A stretch of DNA of 64,000 nucleotides from Candidatus Woesearchaeota archaeon (GTDB lineage: Archaea > Nanobdellota > Nanobdellia > SCGC-AAA011-G17 > PNOQ01), in contig CAYPAI010000004.1 in assembly GCA_964408705.1 (NCBI GenBank), positions 57 to 64,056 of the forward strand, written 5' to 3'. This document shows, piece by piece, positions 37,665-47,077 of the stretch. The position numbers and the translations under genes were made by a program. Numbering within the stretch: the stretch's first letter is position 1; each line of letters begins with the position of its first letter. The notes beneath the pieces were generated by a model. That model was not told the DNA's origin. It did not search any database and was given only the letters and a program-made list of their open reading frames with translations.

Positions 37665-39043
37665 ATTCTAAAATAAATTTTTTTACTAAAGAAATTACTT
37701 TAATTTGGGAAAAAGAAGTAAACACTTTTGCACATAGCTCTCCAGATTATGCTGATTTAAATAAAGATGGAGTGGAAGATGTGATCATAGTGGGAGGGAC
37801 AATTCCTTTTTTTGGAAGTTTAATTGCCTTAAATGGTGTTGATGGTTCCGTCTTATGGGAAAAACCACTACCAAATTTTTCTTCTGCAACTCCTGCTAAA
37901 CTTGAGAGCAGTGGTGATGATATCACTGATTTTGTTATTGGTATTTCCGCAGATACAAATACAGATTTAACTAGTAGAGATCCAGAATTATCAGATTTGA
38001 TTATGGTTAATGGTAAGGATGGTTCCTTATTATGGAGTTTTCGTAAACAAAATATAAATTTTACTTTTTCAGATACTCATTTTAGTTCAGCAGTTGTATT
38101 AGATGATCGTAATGAAGATGGAGTAGAAGATATAATTATATTGCAATCCGGAGGATTTGATGATATTCGTTCAGATAATCTAGGTTGGGACGATACTCAA
38201 AGGCCAACCTCATCATTATTTATTGTTTCAGGTAAAGATGGTAAAATTTTACAACAAAAAAATGTTGATGACGGAAAGGAAAGTTATGCTACCCCTGCCG
38301 TCTCTTCTAAGTTAGGGCTTATTATTTTAGGTACAGGTGGAGAAACTATCTCTGGAAATTTAATTGCTTTGGATTATTTTACATTAGAAGAAATTTGGAG
38401 AGTACCTTCTTATGGCATGGGGTTTATTTCTTCACCAGTTTTATCAGAGGATGAAAGATATGTTTTTGGAATTAGTTATAATGGGGAAATTTTTAAAATT
38501 GATGCCTTAAGAGGGAATATCATATGGAATAAAATTTGGTTTGACTCTATAGTTTATGCTTCGCCAACATTAGGTAAATTTAATGAAGATGAACATATTG
38601 ATGTAGTTGCCCTTATAAATTCAGATCGTTATTCTAATATATTTATAATAGACGGATTTAATGGTGAGATTATTTCTGAGTTTGAAAAAAGTAAAGGAAC
38701 TATTCCGACTCCACTTGTGCTAGATTATAACAATGATGGTATTGATGATTTGTTGACTTTAATGAATACTGGTTGTAGAATGGAGGGGAATGGTCCGCCT
38801 GATTGTAGTGGTTCATTACTCCAAATATGGGATGTTGGGTCTTCTAAAAAGATATTGGATATAAAGAGGTTACCTGGTTCTTTAGCTACACCATTTTTGA
38901 GAGATTTAGATAATGATAAAGAATTAGATTTATTAATAAATGTTATAGGTAAAGTCTTTAGATATGAGTTTAATTTAGATGTTGATGCAATAAATATGAC
39001 TTGGGATCATTTTCGTGGACCGTTTAGGCAAGGAAGAATATAA
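37598..39043 (+). CDS. Lipoprotein with FG-GAP/integrin-alpha-like calcium-binding beta-propeller repeats.
   Basis: The leader is MKLMKRGILILFLFSLLFISSCD. Repeats with D-x-N/D-x-DG-x-x-D loops include DLNKDGVEDVIIVGG, DDRNEDGVEDIIIL, DYNNDGIDDLLTL and DLDNDKELDLLINV. Confidence 0.7.
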   Translation: MKLMKRGILILFLFSLLFISSCDSKINFFTKEITLIWEKEVNTFAHSSPDYADLNKDGVEDVIIVGGTIPFFGSLIALNGVDGSVLWEKPLPNFSSATPAKLESSGDDITDFVIGISADTNTDLTSRDPELSDLIMVNGKDGSLLWSFRKQNINFTFSDTHFSSAVVLDDRNEDGVEDIIILQSGGFDDIRSDNLGWDDTQRPTSSLFIVSGKDGKILQQKNVDDGKESYATPAVSSKLGLIILGTGGETISGNLIALDYFTLEEIWRVPSYGMGFISSPVLSEDERYVFGISYNGEIFKIDALRGNIIWNKIWFDSIVYASPTLGKFNEDEHIDVVALINSDRYSNIFIIDGFNGEIISEFEKSKGTIPTPLVLDYNNDGIDDLLTLMNTGCRMEGNGPPDCSGSLLQIWDVGSSKKILDIKRLPGSLATPFLRDLDNDKELDLLINVIGKVFRYEFNLDVDAINMTWDHFRGPFRQGRI

Positions 39044-39066
39044 ATATACATTTTAGAATAAATTAA

Positions 39067-39164
39067 TTTTAGTTACATTTTTATATTATGGATTATTATG
39101 AAACTTATGAAAAGGGGTATTTTGACTTTATTTTTGTTTAGTCTTTTATTTATTTCTAGTTGCG
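39067..39164 (+). repeat. Copy 2 of the leader cassette, exactly 1500 bp downstream of copy 1.
   Basis: There are 95 identical positions out of 98. It covers the upstream AT-rich region and the first 22 codons (MKLMKRGIL.LFLFSLLFISSC). Confidence 0.8.
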
Positions 39165-40291
39165 GAGTTTGTACTAAGGAAGGTAAGGTGTGTGAGGATG
39201 GTACAGTTGTTGGAAGAGAAGGTCCTGATTGTGAGTTTGCAGAATGCCCTGATTTAGTAGAACTTCAAGAAGAAGTTGAACCAGAATTTTGTGTAGGTGA
39301 AGGTGAATCAATAGCTATAACTCACCCAGATTATGCCGAGGATTGTTGTGAAGGTCTTGTACAAATTTCTAATAAAGATCCAGACTTTTCGGGGGCAGGT
39401 ATATGTACTGGAAATTGTGGAGATGGGATATGTAATGAAGATTCAGAATCAAGTTATAATTGTGAAATAGATTGTGAGTTAGAACCAACGGAATATAATC
39501 TTGATCTAACTATGAAAGATCTTCCAGAAGGATATCAAGAAATAGAAGAATATTTGCCAAAATATGGCGAAGTTTTTGGGGTTCATTTTTTTGCTAGTAA
39601 TAAAGTTTCAGATGCAAAATTAATTTATGCAATGAATATAATGGCAGAATATTTAGATAATGATAAAGATGGATCGCCTGATAATCCTTTAGTTGTAGAT
39701 AGGATGGTTTCAGATAAAGTTGGTATGATGATGTTTGAAGACGAAGACGAAGACGAAGATTCCGAGTTATGGGAATCAGATTTAGAGATTATAGGTTTGG
39801 ATAACTTACAAGGATTATATGAAGATGAAACAAACCCATCTGGATCTAGATTTGATGCAAGTTTAGAAGAGATATTACACTTAATTACTCAAAGAGGTTA
39901 TGCAGAAGTATATCCAGAAATATTTGGAGAATTTTCAGGATCAACTGTTGCAAATTTAATGGACGAAGCAAGAGGTGGACATTTTGAGGAAGGTACAAAT
40001 TGGGATGAAGATAGTGGGGAAGGAGATAGTGCAGTTCCAAATTCTTATCCATCTGAATCTTGGTATCATTATGATGATGAAACATGTGACTATGCTTGTA
40101 TGATCACAGAGTATGTATATTGGTCGCTCACTTCTATCCTTGGAGCACAAGAAAATAGATGTTCAGACATAGATCATGAATGGGAGTTATGTACTAAAGA
40201 AAAAGTTCAAGAAAAAGATTCTGGAATATATAATCTTTTAACAGATCCACAGTATAAATTTGCAACTATTATTCCTGATGGATCATATTAA
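39098..40291 (+). CDS. Secreted Cys-rich acidic lipoprotein carrying the shared 66-aa EFCVGEGES...EIDCEL module.
   Basis: The leader MKLMKRGILTLFLFSLLFISSCG is nearly identical to that of the upstream gene. Nucleotides 39282..39477 are identical to 24331..24526. Confidence 0.7.
   Translation: MKLMKRGILTLFLFSLLFISSCGVCTKEGKVCEDGTVVGREGPDCEFAECPDLVELQEEVEPEFCVGEGESIAITHPDYAEDCCEGLVQISNKDPDFSGAGICTGNCGDGICNEDSESSYNCEIDCELEPTEYNLDLTMKDLPEGYQEIEEYLPKYGEVFGVHFFASNKVSDAKLIYAMNIMAEYLDNDKDGSPDNPLVVDRMVSDKVGMMMFEDEDEDEDSELWESDLEIIGLDNLQGLYEDETNPSGSRFDASLEEILHLITQRGYAEVYPEIFGEFSGSTVANLMDEARGGHFEEGTNWDEDSGEGDSAVPNSYPSESWYHYDDETCDYACMITEYVYWSLTSILGAQENRCSDIDHEWELCTKEKVQEKDSGIYNLLTDPQYKFATIIPDGSY
39282..39477 (+). 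repeat. Copy 2 of the 196-bp identical segment.
   Basis: It matches 24331..24526 base for base. The flanking sequence diverges immediately on both sides. Confidence 0.85.
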
Positions 40292-40310
40292 ATTATATTA
40301 AAATAATTCT

Positions 40311-40694
40311 TTAGGATAATAGATTAATCATAGTTAGTAGTATATTGATTATAATTATTCCTATTGGTGCAATGTCTCTTAACTGCCAAGGTGAATAAAG
40401 AATTAGTTTATCTACCATAAGATAAGCTGTTGGTAGTATTATAAAAAACAAAGATAATTGGTACCATCCTAAGTAATCTAATAAAATAGATATATAATTA
40501 GAAAATGTATAGTTTATTAATGGAAAAAAAATTAAAAATAGTGTTAGTAAAATTAATACCTTTTTCCAGTGTTCTATAGGTAATGTTGATTTTCTAAATC
40601 TATACTTCCATTCTTTTGTGAATAATACTATGATCATGATATGTGCAAATATAAATGATAATATTACTGAATTAATTATTGATAAAATTTCCAT
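40311..40694 (-). CDS. Small polytopic membrane protein.
   Basis: 127-aa hydrophobic ORF. Confidence 0.4.
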   Translation of the reverse strand: MEILSIINSVILSFIFAHIMIIVLFTKEWKYRFRKSTLPIEHWKKVLILLTLFLIFFPLINYTFSNYISILLDYLGWYQLSLFFIILPTAYLMVDKLILYSPWQLRDIAPIGIIIINILLTMINLLS

Positions 40695-40802
40695 TATATG
40701 TTGTTTTATTTTTTTCTTTTAAAAATTTTTCTTAATTATATGTTAATATTTTGTGTTTAGTTAGTTTTTTATATGGTTATTATGTCACTAAACTGATGAA
40801 TA

Positions 40803-42116
40803 ATGTCGTTTAATAAGTTAGGTTTTAATAGAGTAAATAATGCAATTCTAATGTGTAGTTACAATGATTATGGTAAAGGTGCAAAAGGATTAGTAAGGAA
40901 TCAAGTAAAATCAGAAAAGATTAATGGAAATTCTTATTTAAATCATCTTATATTGAGAGATAAATCAGAGAATATAGATAATGTTAAGTTTAATTTTCTT
41001 TTAGATGATCTTCCCATAATGACTTATTCTTTGATGAATCTTTATAAGTCTAAGATAAAAAATGTTGCAGTGGTTGGTAATCTGGATTCAAAAAGAATAT
41101 TTGAGAAGTTTATTGATTTTTATAATGTGAATCAAAAATATGATCGGTTTAAGTTTATGGATGAGGGAAACAATCTAAGTCTTTCTAATACACTAATTAA
41201 AGGGAAAAGCTGTTTGGAGATAGAGGATAATGATTTGAGTTTATTGCTTCCAGGAGATATTCCTTTGTTTTATGATTTAGAAGGTGCAATTAATGATCCT
41301 TCAACGATAAGCCATGATTGCATATTGAATTTAAATACTAAAGATAGTACTGGTGTTTATTTTCCAAGAAATTATCATCTTAGAGTTGATGATGGAAAAA
41401 AAATTCATGAAATTAAAGAACCAAATTTTTATTTGTTAAATTTAAATAAAGTTGATCTTGGTATTTTAGATATTTTTTACGGCGGTAGGAAAACTTATTC
41501 TAATTTTGATCAAAAAGATAAATCTCTTGAAAAAGGGAGAGGTTATGCGATAAAAGAGAGGTTTTTTAGTAATGGCAAGTGGAAAAAAACTTTAAATTCA
41601 TTAAGAGGTAATTATTGTTCATTTTTATTACCTCTAGTTTTTAATAAGTCTCCTTTATTAAAATTAAATACTTTAGAGTCTTTAGTAGATCAAGGTATTG
41701 GTTTAAATTCTAAATTAAATTTAAATAATAATGATCCAGGAACTATAGAAGATATTGATTCTTTAGAAGATTGGGCTTATCTAAATCAAATGTTTATTGA
41801 ATCAAAAAAAGATAAAAATAACAGACATAAATTTTATCCATATTATAAAACCCTTAATAAATTTAAAGGTGAACCAATGAAGGATTTAAGAAATGAATTA
41901 ATACTATATAAAAATTATGATGAACATATGAACAATTTATTTAGAAATTTTGGATTATTGGAAAGAGGTTATTATTCTGACGGGAAGTCTTTTCTTTTAA
42001 ATAAACCATATAGTGAAGGAAATTTAAATTTAAATTTTTCTAAATATTTTGTTAAAGATATGATAGTTAATAATGTAAAAAATCATAAAAATTTCTTTGA
42101 TAAAATCTCCAAATAA
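40803..42116 (+). CDS. Hypothetical protein whose N-terminal part weakly resembles a MobA-like nucleotidyltransferase fold.
   Basis: AILMCSYNDYGKG and LLLPGDIPLF resemble the G-rich loop and DMP segment of MobA-like NTP transferases. The rest is N/K-rich. This is tentative. Confidence 0.4.
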   Translation: MSFNKLGFNRVNNAILMCSYNDYGKGAKGLVRNQVKSEKINGNSYLNHLILRDKSENIDNVKFNFLLDDLPIMTYSLMNLYKSKIKNVAVVGNLDSKRIFEKFIDFYNVNQKYDRFKFMDEGNNLSLSNTLIKGKSCLEIEDNDLSLLLPGDIPLFYDLEGAINDPSTISHDCILNLNTKDSTGVYFPRNYHLRVDDGKKIHEIKEPNFYLLNLNKVDLGILDIFYGGRKTYSNFDQKDKSLEKGRGYAIKERFFSNGKWKKTLNSLRGNYCSFLLPLVFNKSPLLKLNTLESLVDQGIGLNSKLNLNNNDPGTIEDIDSLEDWAYLNQMFIESKKDKNNRHKFYPYYKTLNKFKGEPMKDLRNELILYKNYDEHMNNLFRNFGLLERGYYSDGKSFLLNKPYSEGNLNLNFSKYFVKDMIVNNVKNHKNFFDKISK

Positions 42117-42118
42117 AG

Positions 42119-42646
42119 TTATCTATCTACTTTACTAAAACTTAAGCCATCTTTTATATTTATTATTTCTGTTTTTAGTTTAGGATGATTCAAGATCTTT
42201 TTTTTAAAATTTTTACATTTTTCAAAATTTATATTATCTGCAATTATGTAATCACCGAGCCTTATACAATCTTCTAATATTTTTATATATTTTTTCTTGG
42301 CAAAATCTATGAATATAATTTTAAATTTTTTGTTTAAATTTTTTATTTCTTTAACTCCGTCTCCAACTATTATTTCTGATTTAATATTAAATTTCTTAAA
42401 ATTATTTTTTGCTTCTTTAGCCATTAAAGGGTTTATTTCTATTGTAGTTATTTCTGCACCATTTGACCCAAGAATTATTCCACTATACCCATTTGCTGTT
42501 CCAAGCTCTAATATTTTCTTTGGTTTCAATTCTAAAACTTTATTTAAGATCCAATTACCCTTTTTTGAACCAATAATGGGGATTCCCCTGGATATGCTTT
42601 CTTTTTCTAAGTTTTTTAAATCTGATATTATACTTTTTTTGTTCAT
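42119..42646 (-). CDS. Class I SAM-dependent methyltransferase (O-methyltransferase family-3-like).
   Basis: Motif I is ILELGTANGYSGIILG. This is followed by EINP...A and IIFIDFAKK segments. Confidence 0.65.
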   Translation of the reverse strand: MNKKSIISDLKNLEKESISRGIPIIGSKKGNWILNKVLELKPKKILELGTANGYSGIILGSNGAEITTIEINPLMAKEAKNNFKKFNIKSEIIVGDGVKEIKNLNKKFKIIFIDFAKKKYIKILEDCIRLGDYIIADNINFEKCKNFKKKILNHPKLKTEIINIKDGLSFSKVDR

Positions 42647-42690
42647 TAGAGATAGCCTTATATAATGATATTATATAAATACTTATTATT

Positions 42691-43158
42691 ATGAAAAAAA
42701 GAGGAATTTCTCCATTGATAGCTACTGTTCTTTTAATAGGTATGACTATAATGGTTTCAGTTATTGTTTTTACTTTTGTTAGAACAACTATCGAGGATAA
42801 AACTAGTGAAACTGAAATGCAAAGTAATATTCTTTTGGCATGTTCTCAAACTTTAGATCTCGAATATAATGATCCTATTATTTGTGGGGCTGATCAAAAC
42901 TTAATAGTTACAGTGTGGAATAGAAGTCCGATAGATGTAGTTGATCTTAAAATACAAGTTGTTTCCAATCAAGATTCAATGTTATTTGAGAGTGGAGTTT
43001 TAAATTCTTACAATAAAGAGTTATATGATATTGATCTTTCTTTCGGGGTGGGAGATATTAGTAGTATAATTTTAATTCCTACATTAGAGTTAGGTGATTC
43101 AGAGGGTACTTGTCCAGGAGAAGTTATAAACATTAATGATATCTTACCTTGTAATTAG
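42691..43158 (+). CDS. Archaeal type IV pilin-like protein with a class III signal peptide.
   Basis: The N-terminus MKKRG|ISPLIATVLLIGMTIMVSVIVF matches the canonical Pilin_N leader. This is [KR]G followed by hydrophobic residues, with cleavage after G by prepilin peptidase. The mature domain is small, about 150 aa. Confidence 0.7.
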   Translation: MKKRGISPLIATVLLIGMTIMVSVIVFTFVRTTIEDKTSETEMQSNILLACSQTLDLEYNDPIICGADQNLIVTVWNRSPIDVVDLKIQVVSNQDSMLFESGVLNSYNKELYDIDLSFGVGDISSIILIPTLELGDSEGTCPGEVININDILPCN

Positions 43159-43199
43159 CGAAATTTTTATAAATGATTAGATTATTAATATGAATTATT

Positions 43200-46100
43200 A
43201 TGGATTTTAAAAAGAGTGGTCTATTTAGTTTTATAGTTTTAGTATTATTGTTTATTTCTGGTTGTGTTCCTCAATTTAATGCAGAAGATTATGCTCAACT
43301 CTCTGATGAATCCAAATTAGTTGTTAATAAATATTTTAGTGGTACTAGGGAAGTTGTTTGTGGACCTTGGGAATTTCACCAATCATGTGGAGAAGATAGT
43401 TACTGTGCAAGTAGTACCGGAGATTTAGATAAGTCAAGATTTAGAAGAGAATGTTGGAATACTGGCGGAGGCGGAGGCGGAGTTCCATGTCTATCTTGGC
43501 CAGATGGTCCTTGTAATGTACCTTTAAGTCCGATGGTAAACTCTGATGATGTTTTTTATGAAGAAGGTGATGATTTTATAGTTGTTAAAAGTAAGTCAGT
43601 TATGGAAGAACTTAGCTCATTATTTAATAAATATGGTGGAGTTAAATTAGCTCCAGTTAGATCTAAATCTGAGGTAGGTAAACATATTAAAGGAAATAGA
43701 GATCTTAGTAATGTTGAAAAGAAGCCATTACGTCCTAAACCTTTAGAAAGTAGGACATGGTATCAATATAAGTGTGAGACGGATTCTTTATGTACTAACA
43801 CTTGTGGTGATGGACGTTTAAATAATTTAAATAATGCTGCAGGAGGAGATTTAGGTTGTACTTCTGCGACTTCATTTAGCAATGGTCAAGAAGAAGAAAT
43901 ATATTTTAGTTCTTATCCAAATTGGGAAACTAACTCTCATGAAACTAGGGATAGGGGACAATGTTCTAATCTTTTTGGGCAAGGCGGTTCGTGGATTAAT
44001 GATAATGGGTTATGTACTGGGGAAAGTGATGGTGTATATGATTTTAATTTAGATGCTCCTGGTGTTTGGGTAGATGGAGATGGTGATGCTTATGCACAAA
44101 TGATTAATCCACATTATTATAATATATATGGTGAAATGGGTTATTGGACAAATTATTTCTTTTGTGGTAGTCAAGATAGTTTTTGTTATATTAATCTAGG
44201 TGGTGCTGCTCATTCAGAAGAAGGGACATTAACTATGAACAATGGTTTGGTTCTTAATCACTTTGTATATGTTGGTGATCATTATTGTCAAGGATGGGCA
44301 GATGGTGAAGTTTGGGTAGCTTGTAGTGAAGGTGAGGATGAATGTTATGAAGGTACCATAGATTATTCTCCTTATCATAATAGTGTGTTGGGTATTCCTG
44401 ACCAAGAAGGTTGGTTCACTTTTAATGATTTTGAGACAGTTAGTGCAGATTATTATGGTTCTAATGAATGGCAAGATGGTACTGTTGAGACTGCTTATGG
44501 TTACGGTTGGGTCGATGGAGAAGGAATTTTCCAACATGATTGTGCCAAAGGTCCTTTAGATTGTGATGCTGGTGGAGACTCTAGAGTTGAAGATTGTGAT
44601 TTAGGCACTCATCATAGTGATGCATATGGTAATATTGATTGGTATGATTCTGTACTTGATGATGCAGATGATTCTAATTCTAATTGTGATTATGGTGATC
44701 ACACCGAAGTATGTGCAGGATGGAAATATACTGGAGATTGGGGAGATTGTACAGGTGCTATACCAGGTACTGAGCCTGCAGGTGCTCTTTGTAATGATGG
44801 TTATGATAATGATTGTGATGGTTATGGAGATAGTTTTGATACGGAATGTGGATCATGTTTAGAAACTCAAGGAGGAGGTACTGAAACTGAAGTAAATGGA
44901 GATTATCAACAATGTGGAACTAATGAAGGATTGTGTGAGTTTGGAACACAATATAGGAGTTGTGTATTTGGTACTGGAGTTTCAGGAGATGGTTTATGGT
45001 CTTGGGAATCTGATTGGGGAGACTGTGGTGATGGTGCTTTAGGTGATTATGTTGGAGAAGCTTGTGAAGATGCTATTGATTGTCCTTCAAGTTGTGCTGA
45101 TGGGGTAGATAATAATTGTGACGGATTAGTAGATGGTGCTGATCCTCTTTGTGATGCTGATTGTTTATATGGAGTTGATTCTGATCAAACTCAAGCTTGT
45201 GGTTATGATTATGAAGTTGATGATGTAACTTCTGAGGAGACTACTGATGGAAATTGGGATAATGGAGTATGTATAACTGGTAGTCAAAGTAGATCTTGTC
45301 AAGTAGATGGTACTTGGGCTAATTGGGGTGCTTGTAGTCATACTGGTCCAGATGGTGCTGAGAATTCTGCAGCAGGAAATTGTGATGATGGTTATGATAA
45401 TGATTGTGATGGTACTGGTGATGATGGAGAATCTGGAGAAGATTGTGGAGAATGTTTAGAAGGTAGTTTATTTTATTTCACTAATGGTGATGATGATATT
45501 TGTGAAGAATCTTGGTGGGTAGGTGATCAATGTTCAGCAGGAACATTTACTTCTACTTGTACTTTTGATGGATCTGTGGGTGGTTATTTCTATCCTACAT
45601 GGGTTTCTAGTCCTTTTGACGGAAATTGGGAAGATTGTGAGTATGAAGATGGACCTGTAGATGAAATTTGTTGGAATGGGTTAGATGATGACTGTGATGG
45701 AATTCCAGATAGTGAAGAGGAAGTATGTGACTCTTTTGGTATTGAGTTCTTGAATGTTCCTTCGTTTAGTAATGAACAAGGAGATGAATCTTCAATTACA
45801 TTGTTTAATGATCAACCATTTATTATTAGTAGTTTTATGGAAACTGGAAGCCCTTCAAATATTAATAGTTTAGCTTATGCTAAATATGTTGGAGAGGGTG
45901 GAAATTGTGGTTACGAAGGAGAATATGGTCAGTCAGTTACTTATGATTTTCAATGTGGATTTATTCAAAGAGGTACTCCTGGATTTATTTTTGATTCTAT
46001 AGTTGGTCAACAAAACTCAATAGTTTCAGATTCTAATGGGGTTTATGCGGCTTATTCTAATTGGCTACCAGATGATGGGAATTACAAATTTAAGTTTGCT

Positions 46101-47039
46101 CAGTATTGTGGAGATGGTGCATGTACTGGTAATTGTGGTTACCAATCTACAGGAGAAACTGGTGCACCTGGTCCGTTAGATTATACTTGGAGATGTGAAG
46201 TTGCTTCAGGAAATAATATAAATCAAATGCATGACCCTAAATTAATTGCTACTGGAAGCGATTTTTATTTGATGTATTCTTCATATCCTGGAAATGTTAT
46301 TAATGTTAATAAAAGGGAAAGCGAGGGTGATTGGACAAATTATGCATTAACTATTGCTAGTGCTAGTCAAAATATTATGTGGATTTCTCCAGAGTATTCT
46401 GCAGACGAAGAAAAGATATATTTTGCTTATGCTACAGTAGATAGTGGTTGGGCTTATAGAATTTATTATAGTTATGTTGATGTGTCATCTGGAGTAGTAA
46501 TACAGGATAATATAGATGAAGTGTCTAGTTTTTCTGATGATGGAACAATAATAGATCAGAGTTTAAGTCAACTTGATACAGCCTTGGATGATAATTGTAA
46601 TGACGGTGATGTAGGAATTTGTACTATGCATGTTGTTAATATGTATAAGACGGAAGATTATTCTTTTAGTATAAACTATAATAAAGCTAATGTTGGCCAA
46701 GCTAGTTCAGATAATCCTACTTTTTCAGAAGTAGATGTTTCTAGTTTGAATGGATATGGTTTTGGAGAAAGTCCTTCAATAGATATAGATAGTATGGGTA
46801 ATGCTCATTTGATTTCTGCAGCAAGAATTAGTGATACTCCAAAATATGCTGTTCAGCTTGATGATGGATCTTTTGAAGTTATAAATTATGAATCTGGTAG
46901 CTTCTTTACTAAAGGCCATACATCACTTATTCTTGATAGTACTAATAGGGCTCATTTATTATATTTAGTCGATCATAACTCATTAAATGAAAACATTCAA
47001 ACAGATTGGAGAGTTAGATATGCTTCTCATTTAGTCTAA
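43200..47039 (+). CDS. Giant secreted Cys-rich acidic lipoprotein (1279 aa) with repeated CxDGxDNDCDG metal/Ca-binding-like motifs.
   Basis: The leader ...IVLVLLFISGCVPQ has a lipobox. There is a Gly6-VPCLSWPDGPCNVPLSP motif. Four CNDGYDNDCDG / CADGVDNNCDG / CDDGYDNDCDG / CWNGLDDDCDG repeats are present. The N-terminal 400 aa are paralogous to the next gene. Confidence 0.85.
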   Translation: MDFKKSGLFSFIVLVLLFISGCVPQFNAEDYAQLSDESKLVVNKYFSGTREVVCGPWEFHQSCGEDSYCASSTGDLDKSRFRRECWNTGGGGGGVPCLSWPDGPCNVPLSPMVNSDDVFYEEGDDFIVVKSKSVMEELSSLFNKYGGVKLAPVRSKSEVGKHIKGNRDLSNVEKKPLRPKPLESRTWYQYKCETDSLCTNTCGDGRLNNLNNAAGGDLGCTSATSFSNGQEEEIYFSSYPNWETNSHETRDRGQCSNLFGQGGSWINDNGLCTGESDGVYDFNLDAPGVWVDGDGDAYAQMINPHYYNIYGEMGYWTNYFFCGSQDSFCYINLGGAAHSEEGTLTMNNGLVLNHFVYVGDHYCQGWADGEVWVACSEGEDECYEGTIDYSPYHNSVLGIPDQEGWFTFNDFETVSADYYGSNEWQDGTVETAYGYGWVDGEGIFQHDCAKGPLDCDAGGDSRVEDCDLGTHHSDAYGNIDWYDSVLDDADDSNSNCDYGDHTEVCAGWKYTGDWGDCTGAIPGTEPAGALCNDGYDNDCDGYGDSFDTECGSCLETQGGGTETEVNGDYQQCGTNEGLCEFGTQYRSCVFGTGVSGDGLWSWESDWGDCGDGALGDYVGEACEDAIDCPSSCADGVDNNCDGLVDGADPLCDADCLYGVDSDQTQACGYDYEVDDVTSEETTDGNWDNGVCITGSQSRSCQVDGTWANWGACSHTGPDGAENSAAGNCDDGYDNDCDGTGDDGESGEDCGECLEGSLFYFTNGDDDICEESWWVGDQCSAGTFTSTCTFDGSVGGYFYPTWVSSPFDGNWEDCEYEDGPVDEICWNGLDDDCDGIPDSEEEVCDSFGIEFLNVPSFSNEQGDESSITLFNDQPFIISSFMETGSPSNINSLAYAKYVGEGGNCGYEGEYGQSVTYDFQCGFIQRGTPGFIFDSIVGQQNSIVSDSNGVYAAYSNWLPDDGNYKFKFAQYCGDGACTGNCGYQSTGETGAPGPLDYTWRCEVASGNNINQMHDPKLIATGSDFYLMYSSYPGNVINVNKRESEGDWTNYALTIASASQNIMWISPEYSADEEKIYFAYATVDSGWAYRIYYSYVDVSSGVVIQDNIDEVSSFSDDGTIIDQSLSQLDTALDDNCNDGDVGICTMHVVNMYKTEDYSFSINYNKANVGQASSDNPTFSEVDVSSLNGYGFGESPSIDIDSMGNAHLISAARISDTPKYAVQLDDGSFEVINYESGSFFTKGHTSLILDSTNRAHLLYLVDHNSLNENIQTDWRVRYASHLV

Positions 47040-47077
47040 ATAAAAAAAGATATAAATAAGTGCTTCTAATTATTATT

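Noticed and set aside
24331-39477. Diversity-generating retroelement (template/variable repeat pair) as the explanation for the 196-bp repeat.
   Set aside because: The two copies are 100% identical. A DGR predicts adenine-specific mismatches between template and variable repeats. No reverse-transcriptase ORF (YxDD) is present in the window. Both copies lie mid-gene in standard coding context.
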